A stretch of 64,000 bases of DNA from Lama glama (lineage: Eukaryota): assembly GCA_028534125.1 (NCBI GenBank), contig CM052816.1, positions 43,650,001-43,714,000 on the forward strand, read 5' to 3'. Made by a program: the position numbers and the translations under genes. Positions 25,969 through 38,534 of this stretch are shown one piece after another. Position 1 is the stretch's first letter; every line of letters begins with the position of its first letter. The notes below the pieces were generated by a model that saw nothing but the letters and a program-made list of their open reading frames with translations, did no database searches and was not told where the DNA came from.

Positions 25969-26139
25969 TTTCTCTTTCTCCTTCTCCTCCACATTATTAT
26001 TATTGTTTAAAACAACTACGTGAAATGTACCATAATGTAAATTTATATTAATGCGATTAACCCCAAATGTTTAATTCAGTTGAATATAACATGAGAAGAA
26101 AAATAATGAAATTCTATTTAGCACGAAGAAGTTACTGCA

Positions 26140-26232
26140 AAATGAATACCGCCCCCAGAAGTCCTGACTCCTTATTTGTCTGAACGACTTACCCCGAGGC
26201 AGTGATGCTCACTGTGTGGCTTGGGAACCACT
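26140..26232 (+). mobile_element. MER5-like hAT MITE fragment
   Basis: 'cgcccccagaagtcctgactc...tgatgc...ttgggaaccact' end. Confidence 0.5.
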
Positions 26233-28149
26233 CACAACATCCAACAAGCAGTTTGTGGCCCATTTTGCCTGATTGACTGTGTACCCTGTATATGTGCTCT
26301 GTCCCTCTCAGAAAGGAGCTTCAAGTAAAAAGTGTGGGTTCCACTCTCTGGATCTTAACATATGGCACATGGCTGTCCTCACCGTGAACTTGGAGTACCT
26401 GGGACCTCAAGGTGATGCCTTAATTCTCTATTGCAATCGTGAGGGATGGATATAGGCAATGTTGTCATGGTGAGAGGTTAAAATGAATTATAAACACAAA
26501 CATTGTACCCAGCAGTCACAGGAAGGGAAGCTGAGCTTCAAAACTGATAGGACAGGCAGAGATCCATTGTCGGAGGGGCCCCATCAGAGAGAGGAGGAAG
26601 CTTCAGAAGCACATAATCCAAGTGTTTCAAAGATGGAGGGGAGCAAGGGAGAAACTGTGTGCGTGTGTGTTTGTTTCAAAGAGAAGGGGATTTTCACTCT
26701 CTTTAAAACAAGAGAGAGATGGCTGTCTCTCTCTCTCTCTTTTTTTTTTTTTTTTCATTTGTTTTCATGGACACAGATGGTTTCCTGCTCTGGACTCCTT
26801 TCCGAAAGCTATCTTCTGTGCAGCGTGTATATGGTAGTTAGGATTTTTCCTCCTTTTAATGCAGTTGCTTTGTGGAGAGCAGTAAAAGAGTTATTTGCAT
26901 CTCATAGAGGCCGGCTTTTTCTGATTATATTTTTAACCTTACTTTGTCAATTCACACTGTCAGGCTTCTAGGCCATCTCCTTCGAAAGACACCTCATTTT
27001 CATTTTCAATCAGTTTCTCTCCACGATTTTTCACATAGCTTCCTTCACACTACTAATTCCACTTTAAGGCGGGCATCCTATCCTACATCCCTGGGCTTGC
27101 TGTGCTAACATGTTTAAACATGATTAGTCTTTATTAATGTATGAGACAAAGCTCCAAGAATCACACACCTCTTAATTTGCTGTAGTTCCAGAGGGGGACC
27201 TCAACCCCAGAAACTGAAAATGAATGGGCATCTTGAGGGTCAGATATACTGGGCATTCTCCTGCTAAGTGGAAAGTTTTGCTTTATAGTTGCAGACAGGA
27301 TTTTTCTCTAAGTTGCATTCCAGTTCAAATCTCTGCTATATCAAATGCCATGAAATGTCCAAAAAAATCAAAAAAACATTTCCTGGTCACAGATGATGGT
27401 TAATTTACTTTCAGCAATGTTTGTTACACATTTACTTCAGAAAATGAAGAGATTTTGACATCATTATGATGGTGTTTTATCCCCATTATAATCTGGAGAA
27501 TAATACTCTCTCGATGTGGTCCTCATTTATTCCACTATTCAACAAATATGTGCCAAGAATTGTGGTAGGTTCTCCAGAAAAGGCAGAATTGTATGAAGCT
27601 ATCCAAAGGGACTTAGCATTAAGTTGAATACTTCATCTGTTTAGTACTGTCATGAAAATTCTAAGACTTGAAAAGATTTAATATGTATAATACACAGATA
27701 TCTGATACTTGATAGGTTGCTTATTTTAGATTTGATTTGGGTTATACATATGCAATAAAATATTAAAATAAAGCTAATCTAGTAAGGGCCATATAAAGGA
27801 ATGGAGGAGATTACTGGATCTGAAATCTAAGCTAAGGATAGTTTCTACAATTACACATTAAATTTAGTTCCTGTGCGGGTCACAAAGGCCAATAAAGAAA
27901 TTTCATGAATCATGTAGTATTCATTTTCTAATAAAAGGATATATACTAGTTGGTAAGAAGAAAATGTTCCCGGAAATAAACTCTTTAACAAGAATTCAAT
28001 CCTGGATTGCTGTAATAAAAGAAAATATCTTTAATAGTGGCCTTCAGAGAAGATGGAGAAAATGTATTCATATGGTCATTTCTTATAGGGACCCTTGGTA
28101 AAAATCAAGAGAATAATACTATATTGCAATTATGTAAATGTGTTTCTAT

Positions 28150-28600
28150 AGCGTGTAAGCGACATAGTCATCAGGTGGCTGGAGCCTAGTGTTCTGTTGC
28201 AGCTGAAGGCAGCTGGCTGTGCTGCCATGCTTCCTGGTGGGTGCACATCTGAAAACCCATGTTGCTCAGATGGCTTGATTGAGACAGCCTAGCCCCAGGC
28301 CCCAGCTGCCAGTGTGGACAGCAAGCAATGCCACCCTCAGCAGGCCCCCAATACCGGCCTGTTCTTGAGCAGTGGGCTTCACCTTCGCATCTGCCACCCT
28401 CACCACTGCCTTGGCAGCTGCCTCCATCTATTCAGCAGCTCTCTGGGCCCCCTTCTCCTCTCCGGCAGTGCTCCTAGACTTTTGTACCTGCTGCTGGGAC
28501 TCAGGTTTGGGCATCATGGGTGATTTGTGGTGTAAGTAAGTGGAGAATTTGGAAGAATTTCAAAATATTAACAACCAGGATGGTTATACCAGTATACATC
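28150..28600 (+). mobile_element. Probable hAT-Tip100 element (MER115/Zaphod-like) fragment
   Basis: GC-rich body ending 'aaaatattaacaaccaggatggttataccagtatac', resembling the MER115 terminus. Confidence 0.45.
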
Positions 28601-28710
28601 TCATGTCCCCTGACGAGAGGGTCATCTCCCTCCCACTGAGCTCACTTAGAGTTGCATAGTTTCCTTTGTCATGGACATTTATCATACACATTTCTCATCC
28701 TCTCTACTAG

Positions 28711-29525
28711 ACCTCACATGAGTCAGAATGGCCGTCATTAAAAAAACCTACACATAATAAATGTAGGAGAGGATATGGAGAAAAAGGAACCCTCCTACAC
28801 TGTTGGCGGGAATGTAAATTGGTGCAGCCACTATAGAGAACAGTATGGAGGTTCCTTAAAAAACTAAAAATAGAGTTACCATATGATCCAGCAATCCCAC
28901 TCCTGGGCATATATCCAGTGAAAACTCTGATTTGAAAAGATACATGCACCCCAGTGTTCATAGCAGCACTATTTATAATAGCCATTACATGGAAGCAACC
29001 TAAATGTCCACCGACAGATGAGTAGATAAAGAAGATAAATATATATATTTATCTACACTCAATGGAGACATTAAAAAGGAATGAAATAATGTCATTTGCA
29101 GCAACATGGATAGACCTAGAGATTGTGATACTAAGTAAAGTAAGCCAGGCAAAGACAAACATCATGTTATTACTTATATGTGGAATCTTTAAAAAAATGA
29201 TGCAAATGAACTTATTTACAAGCCAGCATTAGACTAGAAAACATACTATGAAAACATAACTATAGAAAACATACTATGGTTACCAGAGGGGAAAGAGGGT
29301 GAGAGGGATAAATTAGGAGGTTGGGATTGACATACACACTACTATATATAAAGTAGATAACCACAAGGACCTACTGTAGAACACTGGGAACTATAATAAA
29401 TATCTTGTAATAACCTATAATGGAAAAGCATCTGAAAAAGATTTTATATACGAACTGAATCACTTTTCTATATACCTGAAACTAATACAACATTGTAAAT
29501 CAACTATACTTCAATTAAAAAAAAA
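28711..29525 (+). mobile_element. Relatively young 5'-truncated L1 (artiodactyl type): ORF2 C-terminus, 3' UTR, poly(A)
   Basis: Encodes [52 protein letters not shown] (ORF2 cysteine-rich domain) and ends 'ttgtaaatcaactatacttcaattaaaaaaaaa'. Confidence 0.95.
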
Positions 29526-32500
29526 CACTGTCCTTGGGCAATGGGGATGTATGGTCAGCTAGTTATAAATATATTTTCATTTTAAGAATCATTGGTTACC
29601 AGTGTGACAGTCTGCCTTCTGTCTCCTTCAATGGCCATGAAAGATGCAAGAAATGACACATGTAGGGCATTTAAAATTTCCCCCAATTGCCTTTTTTGAA
29701 TGTACACAGTAGATTGGGATCTTTCCTACACTCTTCATCCACCCCAAAGCACAATCTCAATTCCTAGGCATAAAACAGAATGAAAGCAAAATGGCATCCC
29801 TTTTTCATCCTAGAATATAGAAGATAAAATGTTACATTAAGTACTGTCAAGCCAAGTAGCTGGGGAAGTTCTCAGAGAAGAAAATTACTTCCTAGTAGAT
29901 GACTTTTAATTGTAAGTTTCAAAATTTGATAAGATTCTGGAGATGAGGGGATCAGTTTCCTTGGAATATTCATCAACACTTTTTCCTTCATTGGCAGGGT
30001 TATTTGATCTCGGCTTAGAGGAACATGGGAGGAGGTAGAATGGCTGATATGAAATAAAACAGAAGCCTGAACACATAGGGGGTCAGTTCAGGCTAAGTGA
30101 TCAGTCATTTGCTTGCAGTATGAAGTGTCTGGATTTATCACAGTAATATTCTTGTTTGTTCCTGTAGACCTTGCAGGTCTCATTATATCTGTGCTGATAG
30201 CCTTGTCATCACTGCTGATGATCAGAATTCTCTTAGTTGGCCTTATGTGACTCAGTGACCTTCAATAATTGAGGATGGAACATGACATCAGTGCTGAGGG
30301 TAAAGCAAGTGTCCGTAGTGAGATCCTCTCTCCCCTAATCAGGGAGCAAAAGTTTGTCAGAAATGATCGGCAGGTTTTCTTGGAACATTAAAAGGCATGG
30401 AAATAAAGGGGCCCTCCCTGCCTTTATAAATTATACAGGAGTATCCAGTTAGCTCATCTTCACCCTGTAATTTGGAATGAAAAAATCTCTTGTGCATAAA
30501 CTGCCTTTCTGAATCTACCACAATTAATCCAGAAGAGAAGTGGGAATGGGTAGCAGCGTTTTTTTTTTTCCTTCAAATTTTGTTGTTAATTAAAAAAACA
30601 ATTATCAAGGACTTCTAATTACTTTATAAGTGCTGTATAGCCTGTACCTGCTCCTCAGCAAATTAGTAAGATAATGCCTGAAACATCTTATTAAGCGGAA
30701 TTGCTCTTTCTCCTCCCCCAGATTCACACATCTACTTAATAGGCCTCTTCTTGTGCAACACTTTGGTGAAACATTAAGTGATCTCACAGTTATTAGCGTT
30801 GTGCATTGGTTTCTAAATGTTCTTTACCCAGGACCTAATAAATTGGCAGGCTACTATAAGGGTGAGTAGGGACAGGCATCAATTCTTCAGAAGATCTTTA
30901 AAGATATTCCCTTAGAGCAAGTGAGTATTTTGGAAATAATAAGATCTTTTTGGTGCAGGGTATAGAGAGTCACTGGTGAGATAGACAATAGAGCCATGAG
31001 GTCCCCCAAGGATCGTGGGACAGATGAGAGGGTCTATAGTCAGGGGCTGACACATGAAAGACTAGACCCAAGATGTGAGCCACTGCAGAGTGCTGAAAAT
31101 GCGTGCACTCGAAGGAGACATCACATCCGTGGGAGGCATGCTGCTCAAAGACCTCAACAGATGGGGGTTCATCCACTTGGGAGTTTCATGAACTACGTCA
31201 GGGTCGGCAGTCCATCCTTTTGAACTTAAGTGGAATCAAGTTGAGAATGAGGAAGCAAGCTGCCAAAATAGAAGAAAGCATGATCTCATAGTTTTAAATC
31301 ATCTTGGAGAAGACCATTTATATCATATAGTCCATCCTAGAACTATATGATTTGGAGCTTGAACATGAAAAGTGAGACATGTTCAAAGTTTTTTTTTGAA
31401 ATTTCTAAATTTGAAGTGACTTTCATTTAATCTAAATATATTTTCATTCTTTTATATAGCAGTTCACGTAAGATTCATGATCATGGTACTTGCTGCATTT
31501 TTCTTTTTCTTTTTTAGTTCAGTCCTCTGTAGTTTTAGGAGCGGTGTTAAAATCACAATTTTGTTATACCGAATTGTTATATGAGGTTTGCTAGCTTGTC
31601 CAGCAACAGAGAATATATGCAGGGGATCTGAGATCAAGCCTAAAATTTCCTCCCGGCCTGCCTACATCTGCAGGAATCAGACCACCATGCCCTGGGTGTC
31701 TAACAGATATTATCAGTCTCCAAAAGCTTTGATGTCACATACTCCAAGGCACTATTTACCCGAGTAAAAATCTCATTTTGGCATGCATTGCTCATGAAAT
31801 ATTTGTGGAGTGTTGGGGAAGCTATGGAAAATCCTTGTATTTGCAGGAATTAAAAAAAATTGATCATGAATTTTCTTGTAGGGATTTTAAGGGAACACTG
31901 GGGCACACTTGAAATTTCAAGTTAGGTTCAGAGAAATTTCATAGAGATAGAGGGAAAACCATGAGTAGAATTTAACAATTGCAGAATAAACATGATTAGA
32001 AGTTAAAAGATTTGAGATCATCGGCAGGAAGTGAGAGTTGAAAAATAGTTTACTAGTTTAGAGACTTTCAGTAAGAGAAAGAATGAGTGAGTGATGGGGA
32101 ACCTGATGAGCCTTATTGCAAGTTTATTTAATTGCAGGAGTGATGGGGTGGACATAGGTGGCCCAGGATGTGTTCCTTTGTGCCTGAGCATAGCTGGGAG
32201 AAGGACCTCCCTGTATTTTGGTCAGGTGCACAGCTTGGGGCAGGAGAGCAGTGGCAGAGCAGGGCAGAGAACTAGATGGGTGGCCCGTGTGCCAGGACTG
32301 GTTGGTACTGGGGTGGGAGTGTGGGCAGTGGGATGGGAGAACTCCTCCTGGACACTCCAGAGATGCCCCCAGTGGCTCTGCAGGTCTCTGGTGAGACAGG
32401 AAACTTATGCCACAGTAATTTGCTGCCTGCATCAGCAAGTTCCTAAATCTCCTCGGGGTGGTAACAAAAGAAGTCTCTTCCACTGGGGAATAACAGCAGA

Positions 32501-33699
32501 GAGTTAGATATGATCAAGGTTACTCACCTGAAATAGATGTGAACTGGAAAGTGAAGAAAGCACAGATCACACTGAATTCTCTTACATAGTTTATCTAAAG
32601 CCAACCAATGCATGTAGATAGTCTGCAATGTACTTTGTCTCCACTCTCTCATTACAATTCCTTTAAGATTTTCCCCAGGAAGTCTCCACTGTAAAATTTT
32701 ATCCCATTAGCATACCTACCTCTCTTCCCTAGCAGGTTGGGCCTCCCTCTTTTATTCTTTGGGAACTTCTTTATTATTCTAAGTTACCCTGGACATAGTA
32801 GAAGCTCAATAAAGATTTATTTAATAGATTAATAAAATGGAATTTTTCTTACTCAACATATCTCATCTAAAAATGGTTTTCTTATTATAAATGTTAATTG
32901 TTAAAATTTCTTAGATTTTAAAAAAAAATTGTTGCCTTATTTTCAAGTATAGTTTGTTATTGTGACATTTTCATAACATCAAGAAAAATATTTTAAAGTG
33001 TTTCCCTTGGGGCCAAGAAATGTATTATATTAAAATAAAAACACACTGTAAAAATTAGTGACTTGTCTATAATGCAAAGATATTTTATAGAAATTTAGCT
33101 CTTTTGAGATCCTGTGAACATAAGCTATAGTAATATAGGAATGAGTAAGTTCAAAGTTGTTTTGGTCTCAGTAAAAGACTTTTCTTCAAAATGCACTTTT
33201 CTGAGTTGCAATTTTCTCATTTTTATGAGATGGAGATAGTGATACCTCTTCCACTGACCTCTTGTTTTTTTGTGACATTCAAAACTGGATTTAATTCCTT
33301 TGTAAGGTACCAAGCCCTCTACAAGTATTAGAATACAAGGACCTTTCATTGATTCGTTTGTTCATCCCAGACATTTTCAAGCCCCTGTGGATGTGAATGC
33401 CAGGGAAAGTGCTGTGCTGTAGAGGAGACAAAGATATGTAGGTAAGAACTGCATTTGCCCTCCTCTTCAAATAAATGTCTTTTAACTTCACAACATCCAA
33501 AATTGTTGGCCTCAGTAGACAATCTTACAGGTTAACCAACCACCCAAAAAAAGAGGGGAAATTTCAAAAATTCAGAGAAAAGATAAATCTGACTTGATGA
33601 CATACATCTCTGGAAGGAGGAAGGCTTCAGGAAGCTGGGGAAACTTTCAGCAATACTATCATAGTTATAAAGCTGCAGACTAAGCCAACAGGGAAGAAA

Positions 33700-34015
33700 A
33701 AGATGGTGGTATTCAAAGGAATTATCTTCCAATATTTGAAGGCCCATACTTTGTTAGAAACATCAGATTCATTCTGTGTGGTTGGCTCCAAGGGGCAAAG
33801 TAGGAGCAACAAGAGAAAATTACAAGGGCATAGGTTTCTGAATATTACAAGGGAGAGATATCTAATGTGCTCAGCTATCCAAAACTAGAAGGGGAAGCCT
33901 CAGGGGTGATGAGTTTCCTGTCATAGGGAGAGTTCAAGCACAAAATACATTACCTCTTGCCTGAGCTGGAGGCTTTTAAGGTATTGCCCAACACTGATCT
34001 GATGCGATGATTCTA
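33700..34015 (+). mobile_element. L3/CR1 LINE 3' end
   Basis: 'tcttccaatatttgaaggc...ttctgtgtggttggctccaaggggca...gtgatgagtttcctgtcatagggagagttcaagca...atgattct'. Confidence 0.8.
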
Positions 34016-34847
34016 CTCTCGAAGTTGGTCTCTTAAGCTGTGAGAAGTTGGTCTGAGAGTTGTGGGTAACCGTTTAGCTGTGAGAATCCCCTCCCCACTG
34101 CCCTTTTTGGACCCCCTCTCCCAGCTCCCCTCTCCCCAGAAGATGTTTGAGTAAAGTGAAGAATAAGGTTTCTTTCGTCTTAATTCTGCTCTTACGCATG
34201 GAGGGACTCTCCCTTAAGATGAGATTTCTATTTGAGTATAAACCCAAGGTCACAAATCTATGTTTTTGCTTATCTTTTTAAAAAAAATTTAAATGGAAGC
34301 GTAAGTGTTGAATATGGTGCTTATATTATTTCAGTTCATTTTCCAAACATTTGTACGTAGGGATGGAGTGAGCCTGTTTTGCTTGGATACAGCAATCGGT
34401 TTTCCTTCTCTGTTCTCAATCAGGCAGTTTTAAATTTTGGTGAGGCGTGTAAACACACTGTGATGGACGACATTAATAAATAAGTACTACATTGGCTCTG
34501 CTTGAGCAGTCCCTCTTCATCTTTATCTTTTTTGTTTAAATCCTATGGGGTCCCAGAATTCTCTTTATGGAGATCAAGAAGATTAAGCAAAATTAGTTCT
34601 CAACTACATAATGGGCTTCCCTCTCCTGGCCTGTGTCTCCCCTCTCTGCATATGGTGACTCCCCCTGATATCAACAGGAGATTCACAGATGGGGGAGAAA
34701 TTATGCTGGGGAGAGCAGGGCACACCATGGGATCTCAGCCTTCTCTTTCATGTTTAGCAATGTGTGTGCTTGAATTGGAATCCAAAATGAAAATGGCAAG
34801 TAAATCCGCTGGCTACTCAAAGACACCTCCAACTTCATGTGTCTCTT

Positions 34848-34862
34848 AGGGCAGGCTGACCT
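34848..34862. promoter_or_regulatory. Near-consensus estrogen response element AGGGCAggcTGACCT
   Basis: One mismatch from AGGTCAnnnTGACCT; function untested. Confidence 0.3.
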
Positions 34863-35837
34863 GTTCAATCTCAGAGCCAGTGGTTGCTGTCCTAGTCTTG
34901 AGAACATCTAAACCACAGCTTCATAAACCAATGATAGCTTCAAAGAGGTTATTTTCAGAGAGAACCATGCTTCAACCATGTCAAACAGTGGAAGTCATGC
35001 TGTTTATAAAGTTCTCCAGAGAGAGACTGGCTTACTCATGGGCAGAGTTGGCAGCTGCCGACGTGGAATAATTTGAGGATCGACGAGAGGCCCCAAGCTT
35101 TAAAAATCCGTCTCCCTCATCAGTCTGCAGTGGTGCCTGAAATTTCCACCATTACTGTCATTTCTTAAAAGCCTTTAAGAGGACATATGCCCTATTATCT
35201 TGAGGGAGGTAACATTAATTAACTATATAACATATTAGAATGGATGAGTTTTCTTGTTAATAACCCATTACGACCATTGACACCTAGTAAAGATCAGGAC
35301 TGTGAAGAAGTAGAAGAAAGGGGAGGCAAGCTGTAATGGAGAAGTGGAAGATGATGATTTATAGTGTCCATGTAGGGGGTATCACTCAGGTCCAGCTGCA
35401 GTAGGGTCTCTAACATGGGGACAACCAATGGAGAAAGAGAAGGCACTAGGTATTTTGTTGCAGGTAGTGGGGTGGGCATGGCCCCAAAATGCGAGAAATG
35501 GAAAAGGAACTTCACTTGCCTCGCAATATTGTTAATGTTGGCCCTACCACTCCCAAAGAAGTTCAGTGGTCCAATAATCATTTGTAGAGTGATTTTCAAA
35601 CTGTCCTAAACACTCTTATTTGAGGGTGGGGGATGAATCTTTAATCCCAAGTCAATGGAAATAGAGAATTGGTGGTCATAATTTGAATGGCCATATTTTA
35701 AGAATTTAAAGGATTTTTAGTGACCTTTTAGCTATAACATCCATTGGCTAAATAAACATTTTTCTTCAGTGGTTTCTTCAGAAGTATTACTTAAAGACAT
35801 TTACTTACCCATAATATCAAGCATTTATACTGTTTAG

Positions 35838-35925
35838 TTAGAATCAAAGAATTTTAAGAGCTGGAATTGATGACTTGAGATCTCTTAGTTGAACCCCATT
35901 CCTTTAGAGATGAGAAACTGAGACA
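35838..35925 (-). mobile_element. MIR/MIR3 fragment
   Basis: 'agaatcaaagaattttaagagctgga...tagttgaaccccattcctttagagatgagaaactgagac'. Confidence 0.7.
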
Positions 35926-35949
35926 TTTTCTAAAGTGTCTTTATGTATT

Positions 35950-36520
35950 TCCTCCTTTATTATTGAGTATCGACTGTGTGCTAGGCACAGGGATACAGTG
36001 ATCAAAAAATAAAGATACAATATTTTCCTCATGGAGCTTATACTTTAGTGGCGGAGAAAATATTAGTTAATTGACATACATGTAAAAGCTGTGATAAGAG
36101 TTACTGAGTAATATATGTCATGAGAGTACATTATAGGGGAACTAGAAACTGGTGGGGATGGTGTTAGTAAAGTGTCCTTGCAGATAAAATGTTTGAATTA
36201 ATATCTGAAGGTTAGTAGGGGTTCTTAGAGCAGAAATAAAGGAGAAAGATAAAGAATATGCAAAGGCCCTGGCACAGAAGGCCGTGGCATGTTTTTGGAA
36301 TTAACAAGAGGCCTGGGTGTGTGGAGCTCAGAGGGTACCAGGGAGAGAGTTTTGAGAAAAGGCTAGAGAAGCAAGCAGAGGCTAATCATGTAGGGCTTTG
36401 CTTGGACCTCATCTGAGGAGCAGTGTGTAGAAGGGACTGAGCTGGATACCCATGGGTCAGGAGGTTAAAGCAGCGATCCAGAAGAGAGCGGGTGGTGACT
36501 TGCCTAAGGGTATAGAGCTT
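35950..36520 (-). mobile_element. L2 3' region (antisense)
   Basis: 'tattgagtatcgactgtgtgctaggcacagggatacagtga...cctcatggagcttatactttagtgg...atgcaaaggccctgg'. Confidence 0.88.
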
Positions 36521-36559
36521 TGGTAGAATTAGCATTGCTTCTAGGTTCCCTGATTAACA

Positions 36560-37065
36560 AGGTGGTGCTGCTTTTTGAGTTTCCTATCATCCATTTGTCC
36601 TACTTCCATTTTAGTGGGAGATTTGTCTCTTTACATTAAGTTCCTGTGACTCTGGTGGAGCTGACTGGAGCCTCAACTCCAGGGACAGCATGTGATTCGG
36701 ACCTGACCAATGAGACTTTCAGATTCTCTTGGGACCATAGCAGTTGGTTTAGGATTGGGCATGCGATCCCATCCAAACAGGTGAGATGCCACAAGACTGT
36801 GATGAGGACTTCTAAGACAGAGAAAAGTAGTGAAGTGAGGCCTGGCTGGAGTTATTTAAACACTAGAGGGAGAAGAAACTGAAGCAGGATGTAAGAGATG
36901 GAGAGAAAATGCACGCAAATGACATTGTTTAAGCCCTGAGGCAACAAGGCAGAAGTCAGCCATGCCTTGAATTTTTTAGTTATGGGAGTCAGTGAAATCT
37001 TACTTTGTTAGAGCTGGTTTTCACTGGTTTATCTACCATGGGCAACCAAGAGTCCTAATTAATCA
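36560..37065 (+). mobile_element. MaLR LTR, MLT1K-like
   Basis: 'gcatgtgattcggacctgaccaatgaga...ttggtttaggattgggcatg...tgacattgtttaagccctg...gcaaccaagagtcctaattaatca'. Confidence 0.8.
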
Positions 37066-38534
37066 AGTATTAAATTTCTTGCTCCTTTGTTAACTTACTT
37101 GTAGGATACAAACTAAAAAAGAGGAAAGCTATGATTTTCAATACAAGCTTTACAGAAGAATAGTTTCATTGTAAAGTCAGCTACTTTGGATTCATTTGGG
37201 TCTAACATTAACAACCTTAGTATTAAATCACTTTGAAGCTGAAGATGGTAAAGTTTTCACATGATATTTTATTCTAAATAGAAGTGTTTTTCCATGAAAT
37301 AATTATATATGAGAAATGTTTTTATTATAAGTAATATCTAGATAAATGGTATTTATTATATCAAATGTCATTAAGGGAAAACAGCCAATTGACAAATATT
37401 CCTCAAATAATACGGAAACATATGATATGCAAGTAATTTCAACCTCAACTGCCTTTATAAGAACACCTCTGCTTTCACACTCATTAATAAATCATAATAT
37501 CTCTAGTACAACATTTTGCCAGTGTTTTGGTGGTTGTTTCTACATATGTGATCCAAGAATAGTCTCTGCGTTTGTCCTCTCACTTATCTTAGTTAATCCA
37601 GGTAAATAATACAGTTTCTTTCAGTTTTGGGGGAGTATTGAAAGATTTTTATATTCTTTGTATCAATAAACAAATAGCTTAAAATTTTACAAAGTAAAAT
37701 ATTTGTCTAAAAATAATATTATAAAATTTAATTTAAAGTGTAAGATAAGGCTCTGTGGGGAATTTTGGAACTGCGGAAGACTCATCAATTATGTGCTTTT
37801 GAAAAAAATTGTATGAAATTCTGCATCATCTTCTAAATCATATAATTCCATCCAGAACAAAGCATCCATTCATAAACTTTTGAATTAGATGGGTTTCAAG
37901 AAATACTGCCATTGACTGTCTGCTCTGATTTATTTTATACCAGAGCAGAAGGATGGGAGGGAGTAGTCACAGCTCCTCTTTCAGCCCTGACTCACCAGAG
38001 TTCCAGAAGTGAGGAGAGCAAATGTTTTTATCAAGTTGGAATGTTGAGGATCAGTTTTAGCCTAACAAATATTGACGCTTACTACTTTTTTTTTCTACCG
38101 AAAATCCAAGTCCTGCGGCACCTGTGGGTGAAATGCATGTGTTTGATCACTCACAGAACTGAGCAGGTAACCAGGGTGGGGCCAACACAACAGCACTCAT
38201 CCAAGCAGGTCCTGGTGGGCCCTCAACCCTGAGAAGGTCCTCTAAGTAACGGACAACCCCACAGGTATGGAACACTACACTTCGACTTGTAATCTTGATG
38301 TTGAGCTAGAAAAATTGAGCTTCCGGGGCTGGTAGAGGGAGTTGAGAATGAGGTGGCAGATATCCCTTCTTTGTGTGATCTTGTAAGGATAGAATAATTA
38401 ACATGGGTAGGACTGAAGGAAATGTGCTGTCCTTGAGTATGTACACATAAATGATGTAGTAGTTATGCCAATACCTAGTAAAACCAAGGAGGAAACAAAA
38501 TTATAAAAAAGTCTAAGGACCAGCTATACATAGA

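Noticed and set aside
28707..28985. 92-aa minus-strand ORF ([17 protein letters not shown]...)
   Set aside because: This is the well-known antisense reading of L1 ORF2, not a gene.
30122..30299. Hydrophobic frame ...DLAGLIISVLIALSSLLMIRILLVGLM* after an acceptor-like site at 30167
   Set aside because: No upstream start codon or partner exon; T-rich DNA readily yields transmembrane-like peptides.
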